DNA of 64,000 nt from Lingula anatina (GCA_051362555.1 CM120640.1:3658001-3722000); one strand, 5' to 3'; counted from the stretch's first letter, positions 39,401 to 51,600 are shown. Translations and numbers: made by a program. The notes: generated by a model not told the origin, from the sequence alone.

Positions 39401-42400
39401 TATTATTAAAAATTGATGGTCATTATGCTGTTAAACATTATGTAATGTTACATTAAAATTTGAAGAAACCCCTATTTTGGGCACTGCTCCCATGATGAGC
39501 ACTTAAGGAAAATCATGTCACTTACTGTTCTCAAACTTACAGGAAAGAAACATGGGACTAAAATACAGCTTCAGTAGGAAATGTAGTCTGTTTGGTAAAT
39601 TTTTCTGGCAGTTAAACAGTTTTTTGTGAAAATTTAATTTTTCACATATTGGCATTTTCAAGGTGTGACTTAGAACCTGAAGACCCATATATATATATAT
39701 ATATATATATATATCAAAAAAGATTAAAAGTTTGAATGGCAGCATCATTGGAATTATATTTACCTCTGCCAAGGAGGTTATGTTTTCACCCCTGTTTGTC
39801 TGTCATCAACATAACTCAAAAAGTTACGGACCGATTTTGATGAAATTTTCAGGAACTGTCAGAAGTGGGCAAGGAGGACAATGATTAGTTTTTGGTGGTG
39901 GTCCGGATCAATAATCAATCAATAATAATCAACAATTGCTGTCTTGGCAGAGGTCTGCGCTCTTGGAGTGCTTTTCTAGTTTTGTTATGTTTTCCTTTTT
40001 AATTTTTTCTCAAACACTGGCATTTGTGACTTTTAACTCTCATCTGCCTGAGGCTCTGCACATTTTCTATATTTCCACGTAAGCAGTTGTATTGTTTTTT
40101 ATGTCTTTATACATTATGTAATATTATTTTATGCACTGTCATCATTTTTCAAATATTGAGACTTTCATCATGAGAATTTGAACTCTCATGGTCCTGAAAC
40201 TGTAATCTTATTGAAGGGGTGGATTGAGACCATCTTCTGGGTCTTCCGGAAGACGGTCAGGTTATTAAGTTTATATTGACTGGTATCTATTTTTTTCTGT
40301 TGGAAGACCATCAAAATGGAGGATGGATCAACACAGATACTTTGGAATACTGTCAGAAAATATCTCAGGGTCCGCTCCTGTTATTGACCATGTTACCTGT
40401 TGTGCATGATTAAAATTCAGTGTTGACTGACAGTGCTATTATGAGCATTATTTATTATTGCATCAAAATTGACAAAATGACCTTTTTTATATCTTTATTT
40501 TCTGTTTTTTGTCTGTACATTTGACAGCTTTGCTGCCTTGTTTTTAGATATTTGTAACTTTGATACTTTTATTGGCTCTATATATTTAGTTACTTTCGCT
40601 GACATACTTACAAAAGTGTAATATTTTACTAAATGAGACAAAAGCAATAACAGCAAGTTGGAAAAATTAAAGGAAAAAACCTTTACCAGCTGGAGGTCTA
40701 GTTTAACAGTATCTAGGTTTATTAGAGTTGCTTCAATTTCCTTCAACCTCGTATCTTCCCCGTTTACAGGAGTCTATAAAAAAAAATAATCAGAAAAGCA
40801 ATGGTAAATCACATCTTTGTATCCTGGGTTTCAATTTTTCTAAGGAAGACAACTTCCACAAATTAATGTCCATGGGCTCATTCCCAGTGAACTATCATTC
40901 TACACACCTTGATCCAAATCTGTGGGGACTCTTGCTGAATGCAATCAGATAAGCACGCCTCTTCTTTTTTCCAACAGACTTGTAAAATTACCAGCTTTTC
41001 TGCATTCTACTCGGTGCCAAGAGGCAGCATTTTAATCTGAAAATTTTACATTCAGCGAGACTCTTTGCAGAGTTGGATCAATCTATGGAAAAGGATAGTT
41101 TCATCAGGAATGAGCCCTTACATACCTGAAATGTTCTCAATGACAATATAGTGCTTCACTGCTGATAGGATAAGAATATCTTTAACTTCTCAAAATTGCA
41201 GTCAAAATATTTGCAGTCTAAATGAAACAGAAGGAACAGGTTCAAATAAAACTTGACAGCATGATGGGACTGTATGGGGTTTTCATTAGTTCCTGATTGA
41301 GGGTCACAGTGTCATTTTCATGTCATGATCCCCCGTAACATAGGCATCTTCAGTACTGATTATAAAATGTTGTTCCCAGATAAATGTTCTGGAAAATCTC
41401 AGTTAAGTTAAAATGTTAGGTTAAAAAAGTGATGGAAGTTAATTATATATGTGGTGGCAAAAAGTATAAGTTCCAAACATTTCTGTGCACATTCCATTTT
41501 GAAATCTATTGAATGAATTTCTTAAGTTTCAAATCTGGTCTAACGTTTCTATTGTAGCATAATTTTGCTTCTGGCAAAACAGCTGGGTCATTTTATTCAA
41601 ATCCAGATCTTTTGCAAAAGCAATGAAAACTACAAAAATATTGAAACATTTAGATCATCTTATCCCTAGTTATTGTATTTCTTCATTTGCCAAAAACTGT
41701 ACTACTGTAAGTCTATCAAGTTGGGGATAAATGGAAACAGTTTAACCATGGAAAAATACCTTTTATAACTGATGTTAATATATATTCTGTAAATGACACT
41801 ATTAATAATACCTCATCTTCTCCATACTGTTGGTAGATGTTTTTCTTTGTTATACTGTGCAATTTCTTGTGGTGTCGACGAAAGGCTTTGTAAAACTGCC
41901 TTAAACTGTCATCATGTCTAAAATGTGAAGCACTATAGTAAGCAACCCAGTCAAAAAAAGAGTACAAGCTTATCAAGCACTATATTTCTATGATATTTCA
42001 TATCGTTAATCATATATTACTATGACATTTCTAATCAATTCATAATACAAGCCTCTGGTTACAAAACTTATCATTTATCATATGTAATTCACATACAGTA
42101 CTTAAATAAATAAGTCATGGATAAAACACATGTGCAAAGAAGCTGTATCTGCATAAGGGCATTTTTACAATCCTGGGCACTTTTCAGATTTTCCCACATA
42201 TTGCTAATTAACAAATTACATACATATGATCAAAGAATTCTTTTATCACTATGTTAGAGAATGGTGTAAGTGAAGATAAACACTGAAAATAAAAACCAAA
42301 TATCACCACCGAGTCCAAAGTTATGCTAAAGCAAAGCCCGAAAAATGACCAAAAATTTTTCCCGTTTTAGTCATATGAAATAAAAAGCAATCTGAAATAA

Positions 42401-45400
42401 ATTAAAACAGTGTTTGACATTGCATTTTTTTGGATTATAAAACACTCAGTAGTATGGTGGAAGCAAAAAAGCTTAAATATTAACAGGAGAGAGGTGTATC
42501 CTAGAAAAAAGGTCTTTTAATGGCATGCTGGTATTTCCGTTAAACGAAATGTCCATTCCGAAACAAAAATAAATTACTTTCAGAAAATATGTCATAAAAC
42601 ATACAGTATAATTAACCATCCTAATCATTATTTGGATGTATTGGTATTGTTTGTATCAAATAATGAAATCTGTGTGATGATTCTGGAGCTTGTCATGGAG
42701 TGCAAAATAACCCTACCATATTTTTCCGTTAAATTTGTCCATTCCGAAACATTGGGTTTCTCTTACATAAAAAGAACATGTTGACACCTAGCCTGTAACA
42801 ATATGTATTTCTCTAAAGCCCAGGACATGTGATATTTATTTTTATATAAGAAAACCCCAGTGCACAGAAACCCATTTAACTGTGGCCTTTTTTGAGATGC
42901 TTGTTAAAAATTGTCCATTCCGAAACAAAGTACCTTTACATTGCCAATGTTATAAATAGAGAAAATTCTGTCTTTAATGCTGTATGTTTCACTTGACATG
43001 AGCAAATTACTGTAAAAGCATCATGCATATGACATAAAAATAATAGAAAAACATTTCTTCAATGGCAACTTTTAAAATTTCTATATATATCCTCAACAAA
43101 AAAATTCATTTTTGCGAGACAGCATCTTTTCTTTGGATCTACTAGAACTTCCATTGCATATTTTCCCCAAGTTCATGTATTTCAAAGTTAAATTAACAAT
43201 TAATTGAAGAGATTATATCAGTATAAATAGAAATATAGGCAATTTGGATGCTTTGTATCGGAAAGGACATTTTTTAACACATTGTCTAAAACACTTGTTT
43301 ACTCTTTGGTCTGCTCATCTATTTATTATTCATGAGGAAGAGGATGATGGGAAGCACATCAAATTTATGTAGAATATAATTTTGAATAATACAGCTTACC
43401 TTACTTTAAATATTGCTTACTTATGATGTACATAAAAGTATACGAAAATAGTTATGAGGCTACAAATGTTAAAGTTGCGAGAGTCAATTCACTGGCACAG
43501 TTTACAGAGGCGCTTGCAGGCAGACACAGGTTATAATTAACTTCCTGTGATTATTTATCATGATGTATATATATATATACATGATGTATATATATCATGA
43601 TGTATGTATATATATATGTATATATACCATTTAAGCAATTTCGTAAATGTTAAATAAATGTCCATTCCGAAACACAGGACATGCCTAAAAGGACATATTA
43701 AAAAATTTAATTACTAAATTTAAACCTGACCTTGTCAAATAATATTTTATACAGCTATGAGCTGTAACAAAAGGAAGTAGAATAGGGTATAATGGAGTGT
43801 AGAAGACTCTATTTTATGTCATGATCAAATACTAATGGAGTAACATTTCAAAAAAGAATCAAAAACTATCCAAAATGACCAATTAATGTAATAAAAACAG
43901 TTCAGTTTTAATATAGTTAACTCATATTTTGTCCAATGATTGCTTCATCTGTACCTTGTAAACCAACATACTATGAGATCTTAAGGCAATTTCATAAATG
44001 TTAAATAAATGTCCATTCCGAAACAAGGACATGTCTAAAAGGACATATTTTTAAACATGTCTTTACTGTTGGTAAATCTGACATTGTCAAATAATATTTT
44101 ATACAGCTATGAACTGTAACAAAAGAAACTGGAATAAGGTATAATGGTGTAAAGAATAACTGGAATATATCTCAGAATCAATATTTAATAAAATAAAATT
44201 CCAGTAATGAATTGCTAGTACAGAATAGACAAAACAAGCACAAAATGTAATAAAAAGACTTCAATTTTAGTTCAGCTTCCACCTATTTTGCCCAGTTATT
44301 CATAGACTTTACCTAAAACTTATAAACTCAAATACTACAATATATTAAAATAATATCATAAATGTTTTAAAAAATGTCCTTTCCGAAACAGGGATGTTTC
44401 GGAAAGGACATTTATTTTAACATGACACTGCAATTAGCACACATGTCCGTGCAAAATAACATTTTACACAATCATGAAGCATAACATAAAGAACTAATGC
44501 AAGGTAAAGTGAAGTACAGAAGTCCTCAGAATATCTCAGAATCAAAAAATGGAGATCAATACCTTAAATTATCATAAAAGTCGCACACTTCAAGGTTTAG
44601 CTTATGAAAATTAAAAAAATGATTTTCAAAATTCAAATAATCATATCTTTATACATACACAAGGTTTTATCTCGGGATTGTCATTTCTTATACCCTTCAG
44701 GTCTATACTTTCAAGAAAAGTACAAATTTCAACACAATAATGACTTCTATTTTTGACCCTTGGTGGGAAAAAAAGGAGCCCAGGATTGTAAAAATGCCCA
44801 TAATATCATTAACTCTTTGCTCTTAAAGAAAAAAAGGAAAAATTATAATTTTGAAAGATAATTATAAGAAACATTAAAATTATATAAAATAATTTACAAC
44901 TTTATGCCTTAAAAAATTGGCAAACAAAATGTCACTGAAACATGAATGGTTTATTCAAACTCAGATACATGGCTTTCTGTGTACCATATTTCAAGTTCTG
45001 AGCCTTTTAGGTGTGGAACCTACTAGTTAGTTACTCAGTAAAATTGTGTCTTGCTCTTTTAAGAATGCATTAGCATGAAATTTCATGTTTTGGCAATGCT
45101 ATATGATTTCTGATATGTCCAATTTGGTGGTTGCTCTAGCCGACTGTCATTTTACAGTTATGTGCAAATCTATCTTTCATCCATGATGTGATACCAGATA
45201 ACAAATTACAAAATAGGGGTCTTCGTGATATTAACCTGTGAAACTGTGTAAAAAATAAAGATTATAGGACAAAATTTGTTTGAAAAACTAAACATATACA
45301 ATTAATTTCACCTCAGCTTTTCTGTAAAATAACTTTGGAATTCTTGAAACGTCATATCCTTGCCCATGTTATCAGCTAACAGAAATTCCTCCAAAATTGT

Positions 45401-45409
45401 TGCCGCCAT
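36487..45409 (-). CDS. Small helical/coiled-coil protein (148 aa) resembling kinetochore CCAN subunit Nkp2/Cnl2
   Basis: Six GT-AG exons: 45409-45312, 41917-41812, 40773-40687, 37487-37435, 36743-36671, 36516-36487 (98+106+87+53+73+30=447 nt, all phases match). Start context AACATGGCGG. Protein: MAATILEEFLLADNMGKDMTFQEFQSYFTEKLRHDDSLRQFYKAFRRHHKKLHSITKKNIYQQYGEDETPVNGEDTRLKEIEATLINLDTVKLDLQLELSQVNKDIHKTDEQIEKFCEIIRQSNPPNISVTADRQDTLQALEEMLDKD*. AATAAA signals on the minus strand at 36208-36213 and 36183-36188. The gene model is well supported; the family call rests on recalled sequence patterns. Confidence 0.8.
37788..38575 (+). repeat. 161-bp tandem repeat array, ~4.9 near-identical copies
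   Basis: Unit start ACCGTAAACACGATAAGTGGAAAAC recurs at 37788, 37949, 38110, 38271 and 38432. Confidence 0.95.
38975..39685 (+). repeat. 337-bp tandem repeat, ~2.1 copies
   Basis: TGGCATTTTCAAG.TGTGACTT recurs at ~38976, ~39313 and ~39650; TCACTTACTGTTCTCAAAC occurs at 39181 and 39518. Confidence 0.9.
39757..39982 (+). mobile_element. Short HINE/DINE-like element nested in the larger element
   Basis: TTTACCTCTGCCAAGGAGGTTATGTTTTCA...(TGTC)... CTTGGCAGAGGTCTGCGCTCTTGGAGTGCTTTTCTAGTTT: 5' subTIR plus internal IR, 3' subTIR, terminal hairpin and TT flanks. Confidence 0.8.
40214..40380. mobile_element. MITE family B copy nested in the HINE-like element
   Basis: Inverted homolog of 35125-35292, with a perfect TTATTG duplication on both flanks (40208-40213, 40381-40386). 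Confidence 0.75.
40874..41117. mobile_element. MITE family A copy in intron 2 of the Nkp2-like gene
   Basis: GGGCTCATTCCCAGTGAACTATCATTCTAC ... GATAGTTTCATCAGGAATGAGCCC; the core is reverse-oriented relative to the 17412 copy. Confidence 0.75.
42157..44799. mobile_element. 2.64-kb non-autonomous DNA transposon, Sola2-like, in intron 1 of the Nkp2-like gene
   Basis: 22-bp perfect TIR GGGCATTTTTACAATCCTGGGC and a 4-bp TSD ATAA (42153-42156, 44800-44803). No transposase ORF. The motif TGTCCATTCCGAAAC recurs internally, and there are ~350-bp internal tandem units. Confidence 0.8.
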
Positions 45410-45651
45410 GTTGAGCTTTCTGTACATTTTCAACAAAAGAGCTCCAATGTTTACAAAATTGCAAGACGGATCGATAAAGATTGACATTAAGAAAGAAGGA
45501 GTAGAAGTTCCTACATCAAAGTTTCAAAGCTCCAGTAGTTTGGAAACATAGACTGTTGCGTATAGACTGTCATATATTTTTACTTGTTGCAAAGAGAAAA
45601 ACTAACGATTTTTTAAATATTTTTTTCTTGGTTGACCCATTTAGTGAAAAA
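45410..45651. promoter_or_regulatory. Compact bidirectional promoter shared by the Nkp2-like gene and PGM3
   Basis: Two divergent ATGs (45409 minus, 45652 plus) are separated by only 242 bp. A YY1-like GCCGCCATGTTG motif overlaps the minus-strand start. Confidence 0.7.
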
Positions 45652-48600
45652 ATGGCAGGAACCGGCTATTTTGCTGCAGTGAAAATTGCTGCTGAAAAGC
45701 ACCCTCGTCTCCGCGAAAAGGTCATTCAATATGGTACAGCAGGATTCCGAACCAAGTAAGAAACAGCAAGATTATTGTTGATGTACTTGTATTGTTTTTC
45801 CATAAAAAAATTAGTAGATTGTGCACACCGTTACCTGTGGATTTCACCTACGATAAGTTTTATTGCACCGACATTGCTGACCATGCGCATGTCACATCTT
45901 GCAAATTGCATGATGCCAGTCATAAATATCCCATGCTTGTTTGGTGGGCGGTTTCAAGTGTTTAAGAGACTGTTTTATTACATTTACCATTTTGAACTTT
46001 GATTGTAATCCGTGGATTAAAGAATTAAATATATCTCTCCGTTGGGTCTGGGTGGGGTGTGGGGGACGCTAATTAATAATTTAATGTGTTCGATCTCACA
46101 GCTCACCCAGTGGTGATTTATAAGTAACACATCATGATCGACCAGGGCTGTCACCATCATTTAATATGATGAGTTAAAATAAGAATGTCTTCAGTATTTA
46201 TATCTGTTAGTTAAAATGAAAACAGCGCTTCTCAATATGATATAAAAATACATGTGTATGGTGTCATTGCAGAGGTGAAGAACTTGACCATGTCATGTTC
46301 AGAATGGGAGTGTTGGCTGCACTTCGGTCACAACTTAAAAGAGGTAATGATGCATGTCACATATATGTTTTCTAATGAAACAGAAAACTTCTTTGCCTAA
46401 GTTCAGGCATGATAAAAGCACCAGTTTCTTATTTTCATAGCTGTGAAAAATTTTTTACTCATATTAGCATGATGTAACTTATAATTTAATAAGCTTCATG
46501 TCTTTTTTTTTTATTTTCTGATGGACAGAAAACTAGAGAAATAAGTGATTATCTTATGATCAAATTCTTCCTGTGAGCCTGCTGGAGTGTAGTCACCTAG
46601 AGTCAATTAACAATGACACGTCTTATTTTGTTGTTTTAATGAAATATGATTGATCTGTTTTTGATAAATTATTGCAGCTGTAATTGGAGCTATGATCACA
46701 GCATCACATAACCCTGAGGAGGACAATGGAGTCAAGCTGGTGGATCCTCTTGGAGAGATGCTGGAAGCTGCCTGGGAGAAACTGGCCACCAAACTGGCTA
46801 ATGTCAGGTTAGGAATATCCCTTTTTCTGTATCCCTTTTTTTTTCATAATCACTGGACCTGTTAGACCGGTGCGACACTTCTTCATTCTATTTCTGACTT
46901 GATACTTACTTTTAAATCTGATTCATTTATTTTCAGAATGAAAAATGCATCCTGTGACATCAGAATTATTTTAATAATCTTAAAAAAGATATAAGTCAGC
47001 ATATCATCAAAAATTCTTTAATGATATTAAATAAAACTGAATTTTAATACAAGATTATTGTGCATCATTCTATGCATATTTTAGTGATTCTGACCTCCCA
47101 GCTGTTCTGTCAGACATTGTCTCCAGTTGTGGCATAGACACAGCTGTCCCTGCACAGGTGTTCCTAGCCAGGGATACCAGGTCAGTGATATATGGCCCAT
47201 TACTGAGATAAAATGTTACAAAAAACTGCTACAAAGTATCAAAGGCTGCTCAAAGACACATATAAAAGAATGACAAATAACATAACTCGAGCTATTTTGG
47301 CCACTGTTATAACAGTTTTATTAGAAAGAAGATTTTATTTTATTAGATAAGCTTATCCTATGAAATTAGATCTTATCTTTCAAGTGTGTTCTTTAATAAT
47401 TTCCATTGTATCTCAGGCCCAGTAGTCCATCCCTTGCACAAGCCATAATTGATGGAGTCCAAGCAATAAAAGGAGAGGTCAAGGACTATGGTCAGTTTTG
47501 TCTACTAGTGTCCAACTACCTTGTTACTCAAATTGTCATTTTGATATTTTATGGCCAGAGTTTTGGATACTTAAAGATAAGATTGTGTCTGCTAGTACTT
47601 GTAAGCAGTCCTAATTTCCTTTGCTCAACCATGATGTTTTAATAGAATAGTATGTAAAGTCCAAAAATTTGTACGGGTCATTATGTTGTTTAAGGGTGAC
47701 AGTTGGAGACGATCATTTTGTTTTATTGTTTTGAATACATTTCCAGGTATATTAACCACTCCGCAGCTTCACTTCATGGTTAGATGTGAAAATTCCCAAG
47801 GTCAATATGGGAGCCAAACTGAAAATGGCTACTACACAAAACTATCTAATGCTTTTTTGAAACTCAGGGGTCATGTAAGTAACTAATTAGTGATTTTTTA
47901 AATTAAAGACTTTCATAATGATAAATAGTCATAATTTCAACATTTGAAAAACATTTGATAATATGCATGCAATATATTTTTAAAATATCATTTGTGTGAT
48001 AATTAAGTGGGTGGAAAAATCAATATTGGTTTATTTGTAGGAACACCAAAATGAGCGTTATCACCCACAACTCAGGTTAGATGGAGCTAATGGAGTAGGT
48101 GCCTTAAAGATAAAAGAAATGCAGAAGCATTTGAACAACTCTTTGCAAATAGAATTGTTCAATGATGGGAGTAGCGGCAAGTTGAATTATATGGTAAATT
48201 TGTGTGTTGTTGAGAAACTGATCAAAACTTACTAGGTAGAAGAACATGAAGCATTATCTTAAAAAGTTAGGTCAGGATGCTGTCATATAAGCTGGTTTAT
48301 TTACTCACAGTTATGATGTCATCATGTTTTCATTTTCAAGTGAATTATGCTAAAATTTTCATTATTTTAATTTTTCCAGTGTGGCGCAGATTACGTCAAA
48401 GTCCAGCAGACAGCTCCTAATGGTGAGTGGGGTACAGGATTATCAAACAATCAAAATTATTAAAATATAACCATCTGAATTGCTGTATATTTAGTAAAAG
48501 CTGAAAAAATTGATGGATACAGCATGGTGATATTTGTGTCTTTACCTGTAGTTTGTATATCCAGGTATGCCCAAGGAAGCCAGGGTCAGGTGTGCATCCT

Positions 48601-51600
48601 TTGATGGTGATGCTGACAGGATAGTTTACTTTTACCAGGAGAAAAGTACGCATCAGCCATGTGGTATTGTATGGATCTCTTGGTAGTGGTTATGTGAAAG
48701 ATTGGAAATCCCTCAAATGAAGTTAATTTTTTTTTTCATTTCTGATAGTGCCATTATATGGAATACTTGAAAGTTTACATTGTTTACTAATAAATCATTT
48801 AAGGGTACCCGGTACCTATAATCGTGTGTGTGTCTGTGTGTGTGTGTGTTTTTTGAGTAAACTTTGCATAGCTTCTATCTATTTTCAGATGGAACATTTA
48901 AGCTATTAGATGGTGATAAAATAGCAACTCTAGTAAGTATTTCTGCAAATTTATGTTGACACCTAAAAGATAATCCTAATCTTATTGTTTGGGTTTTGAT
49001 CTTAGACAGAATACTATCACATTGATAACTGAATCCTATCACTAACAACAGAACTATATTTTCAAAAGGTATTAGTTACATATTTCCTGTGGCTGTCATG
49101 TTGAATTAAATATGTGGACTTTATTTTTTATGATGTATGTTTTTCCTCTTTAAGGTTGCTGGTTATTTGAAGGAACTTGTGAACAGCAGTGGACTGAATA
49201 TCAACCTGGGCTTAGTTCAGACTGCCTATGCCAATGGCAGCTCCACAAGCTACATAACTAATGAACTGGTGAGTTTATACATGCTTTGGGTTGAGTAAAA
49301 TGAGAAAATAACTACAAAAAAAGAATAAACGTAAGCATTATCCTTGCCTGCTGATAAATTGCTCATGTGATTTTCCTGAATGTGTTTCTCTATAAAATGC
49401 GAGCAGTTTCAACATGTATCCTGTGTGAGTGAAGTACCAGTCACAGCAAGGCATTCACACCTAACACATTAAACACATTTACAAATCATTGCTATGGTGG
49501 TTATATAGCCTACTCGGGGCACATTTTATTAAGTGCACAATCACAACTAACACAATCTGTTACATCCAATACACTTACCTGTACATACCTGACTGTCATT
49601 TCAGCAAGTCCCAGTGGCTTGTGTGCCCACTGGTGTGAAACATCTCCATCATAAAGCCCTGGAGTATGACATAGGTGTGTACTTTGAAGCAAATGGACAT
49701 GGGACCGTGGTCTTCAGTGAAAAAATACAAGATATGGTACTCATGGCAGCTAATGATTCCAGGTAAGGCTTTAAGTGTTAAACATTTTTGCATGTTAAAT
49801 AGTTGTTTGTATATCTTGACTTGGCAGTGAAGTGGGGGGGGGGGGGGGGTCGGCTTTAACAATTTATAAACATTATGGATTTTCAATGACCAAATTGATG
49901 CATTTCTGATAAGATGCACAATTGGAAAAGATATTGTCTGTTTGAAGACATATGAAAGATCATATTCTTTTTCAGTCTTTCAAAGGACCAAGAACATGCT
50001 GCAAGAAGACTGTTATGGATAATTGGACTAATAAATCAGGTATGTCAAAATAACAGTTGAAGATCCTTAAAAAACTACGTATTTATGTCTTTCAGTTTTT
50101 CCTATTTGGCCATTATATTCATGTATATATTTAAGATTTTACTTTACGTAAATATAAGAACTTATACATCACTGCATTGCACACATGAAACCTGACCATT
50201 TTAGCAGCCATTGTATCCAATTATTATTAATAATTGGTTAAACTTTTGCCCTTTCTTCATTGATACCATATTGTCCACAAGTTTTATAACAGTTTTTAAA
50301 GGTATTATTTTCTTGTTGGCTCAAAGCATTATTTTGGTACACAGGAAAACTTCATCATCTGTATGTATGACTTTTGCTCTCCTCATCTTCAGACTGTAGG
50401 TGATGCCATCTCTGATCTCCTGTTAGTAGAAACAATCTTACATTCCAAGGGGTGGAGCATAGAGGACTGGAATGATGCCTACACTGATCTTCCAAACAGA
50501 CAACTGAAAGTCAAGGTGAATTTTTTCATGATACACAGAAAGATGTATTAGGGGCCCACTTCAAAAGCGATGCTGTTAATTCCATGATGGTATCCCCACT
50601 TCCACACGCACTGTTGCTGCAGGGGCCTTGCAATTAAGCCTTGGATTTAATCCATTTTATGGCACGTGTGGAGGCGGGGAATCAGCGGCATAACTTTTGA
50701 AGTGAGGTCGGCCATATTTAGTCAGCGGATCATTTAGTACTTGGATCATCTACTCTGAGTGGCCCCTTTGAAGTATCTTGATTTTGATGGACTTGACAAG
50801 ATTGTCCATGGCCGTGTGTCATAACCTTGTGAATATCTTGAGAAATGGCTTGGCTAGGACCATCATATTTGGAACATAAGGGGGCTTTGATGAGTTTATA
50901 CTTTATTCTAAGGTTGACCTACATTTCAAGGTCAAGGTCAAAGCATGCTCCATTTTCATTGGCATTGATTGTCTGTTCATTAGCGGACTTGATATCTCAA
51001 AGAAGTTCTTCCTAAAAAATCTTACTAAATTATTCAGACAGTTGTTCTGGGGGTAAGAAGCGTTTACAATTTCAACAAAATCAGGGTTTCCTAATAGATT
51101 TTTTAGAATTGTAATTTGATTATAATTTACATTTTGCCTTTGAAGATGTCTGCTAACTAGAAATATTCTCCATTTAATTATTGGTGCAATACGCATACAG
51201 ATACTACTACATATAAAAGTACATTAAAAGTACTGGGCTGGAATATTCAAAATATGTGTAAGCTAAGCAAAGTGAGCTAAAATAAAATGTATAACTGACA
51301 ACCCTTAAGGTAGCAAAAATAACATGCTTAATGTTTTTAATTTATTTAGAAAACTCATACTCCAGGTTTTGAAATCTGTTACCTAGTTTATATTATCAGA
51401 TAACTGCAAGAAGAGAAGAAAAGCTGTCATATTCTCATTTATTTTCAAACTGTTTGTAGGTGAAAGATAGAACTGTGATTCAGACCACAGATGCTGAGAG
51501 GAAAACTACCTCGCCTAAAGGGTTGCAGGAGGCCATTGATGCTTTGGTGGAAAAGTATCCAGATGGCAGGGCCTTTGTCAGGTCAGTTCACACCTGTGCA

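Larger units (their letters stand above)
37693..40545 (+). mobile_element. Composite non-autonomous Helentron-type element (HINE/DINE-1/pearl-like) with internal tandem arrays
   Basis: Begins in a T-run with subTIR ATGTACAGACAC, followed at once by its inverted copy GTGTCTGTACAT, then a (GCCGTT)n microsatellite and tandem arrays. Ends with the matching 3' subTIR TGTCTGTACAT (40510-40520), a short hairpin GACAGCTTTGCTGCC and a T-run. Confidence 0.75.

Noticed and set aside
39181-39772. Two duplicated minus-strand ORFs (HTLKMPICEKLNFHKK...)
   Set aside because: They arise from the 337-bp tandem repeat; no recognisable domain and no splice support.
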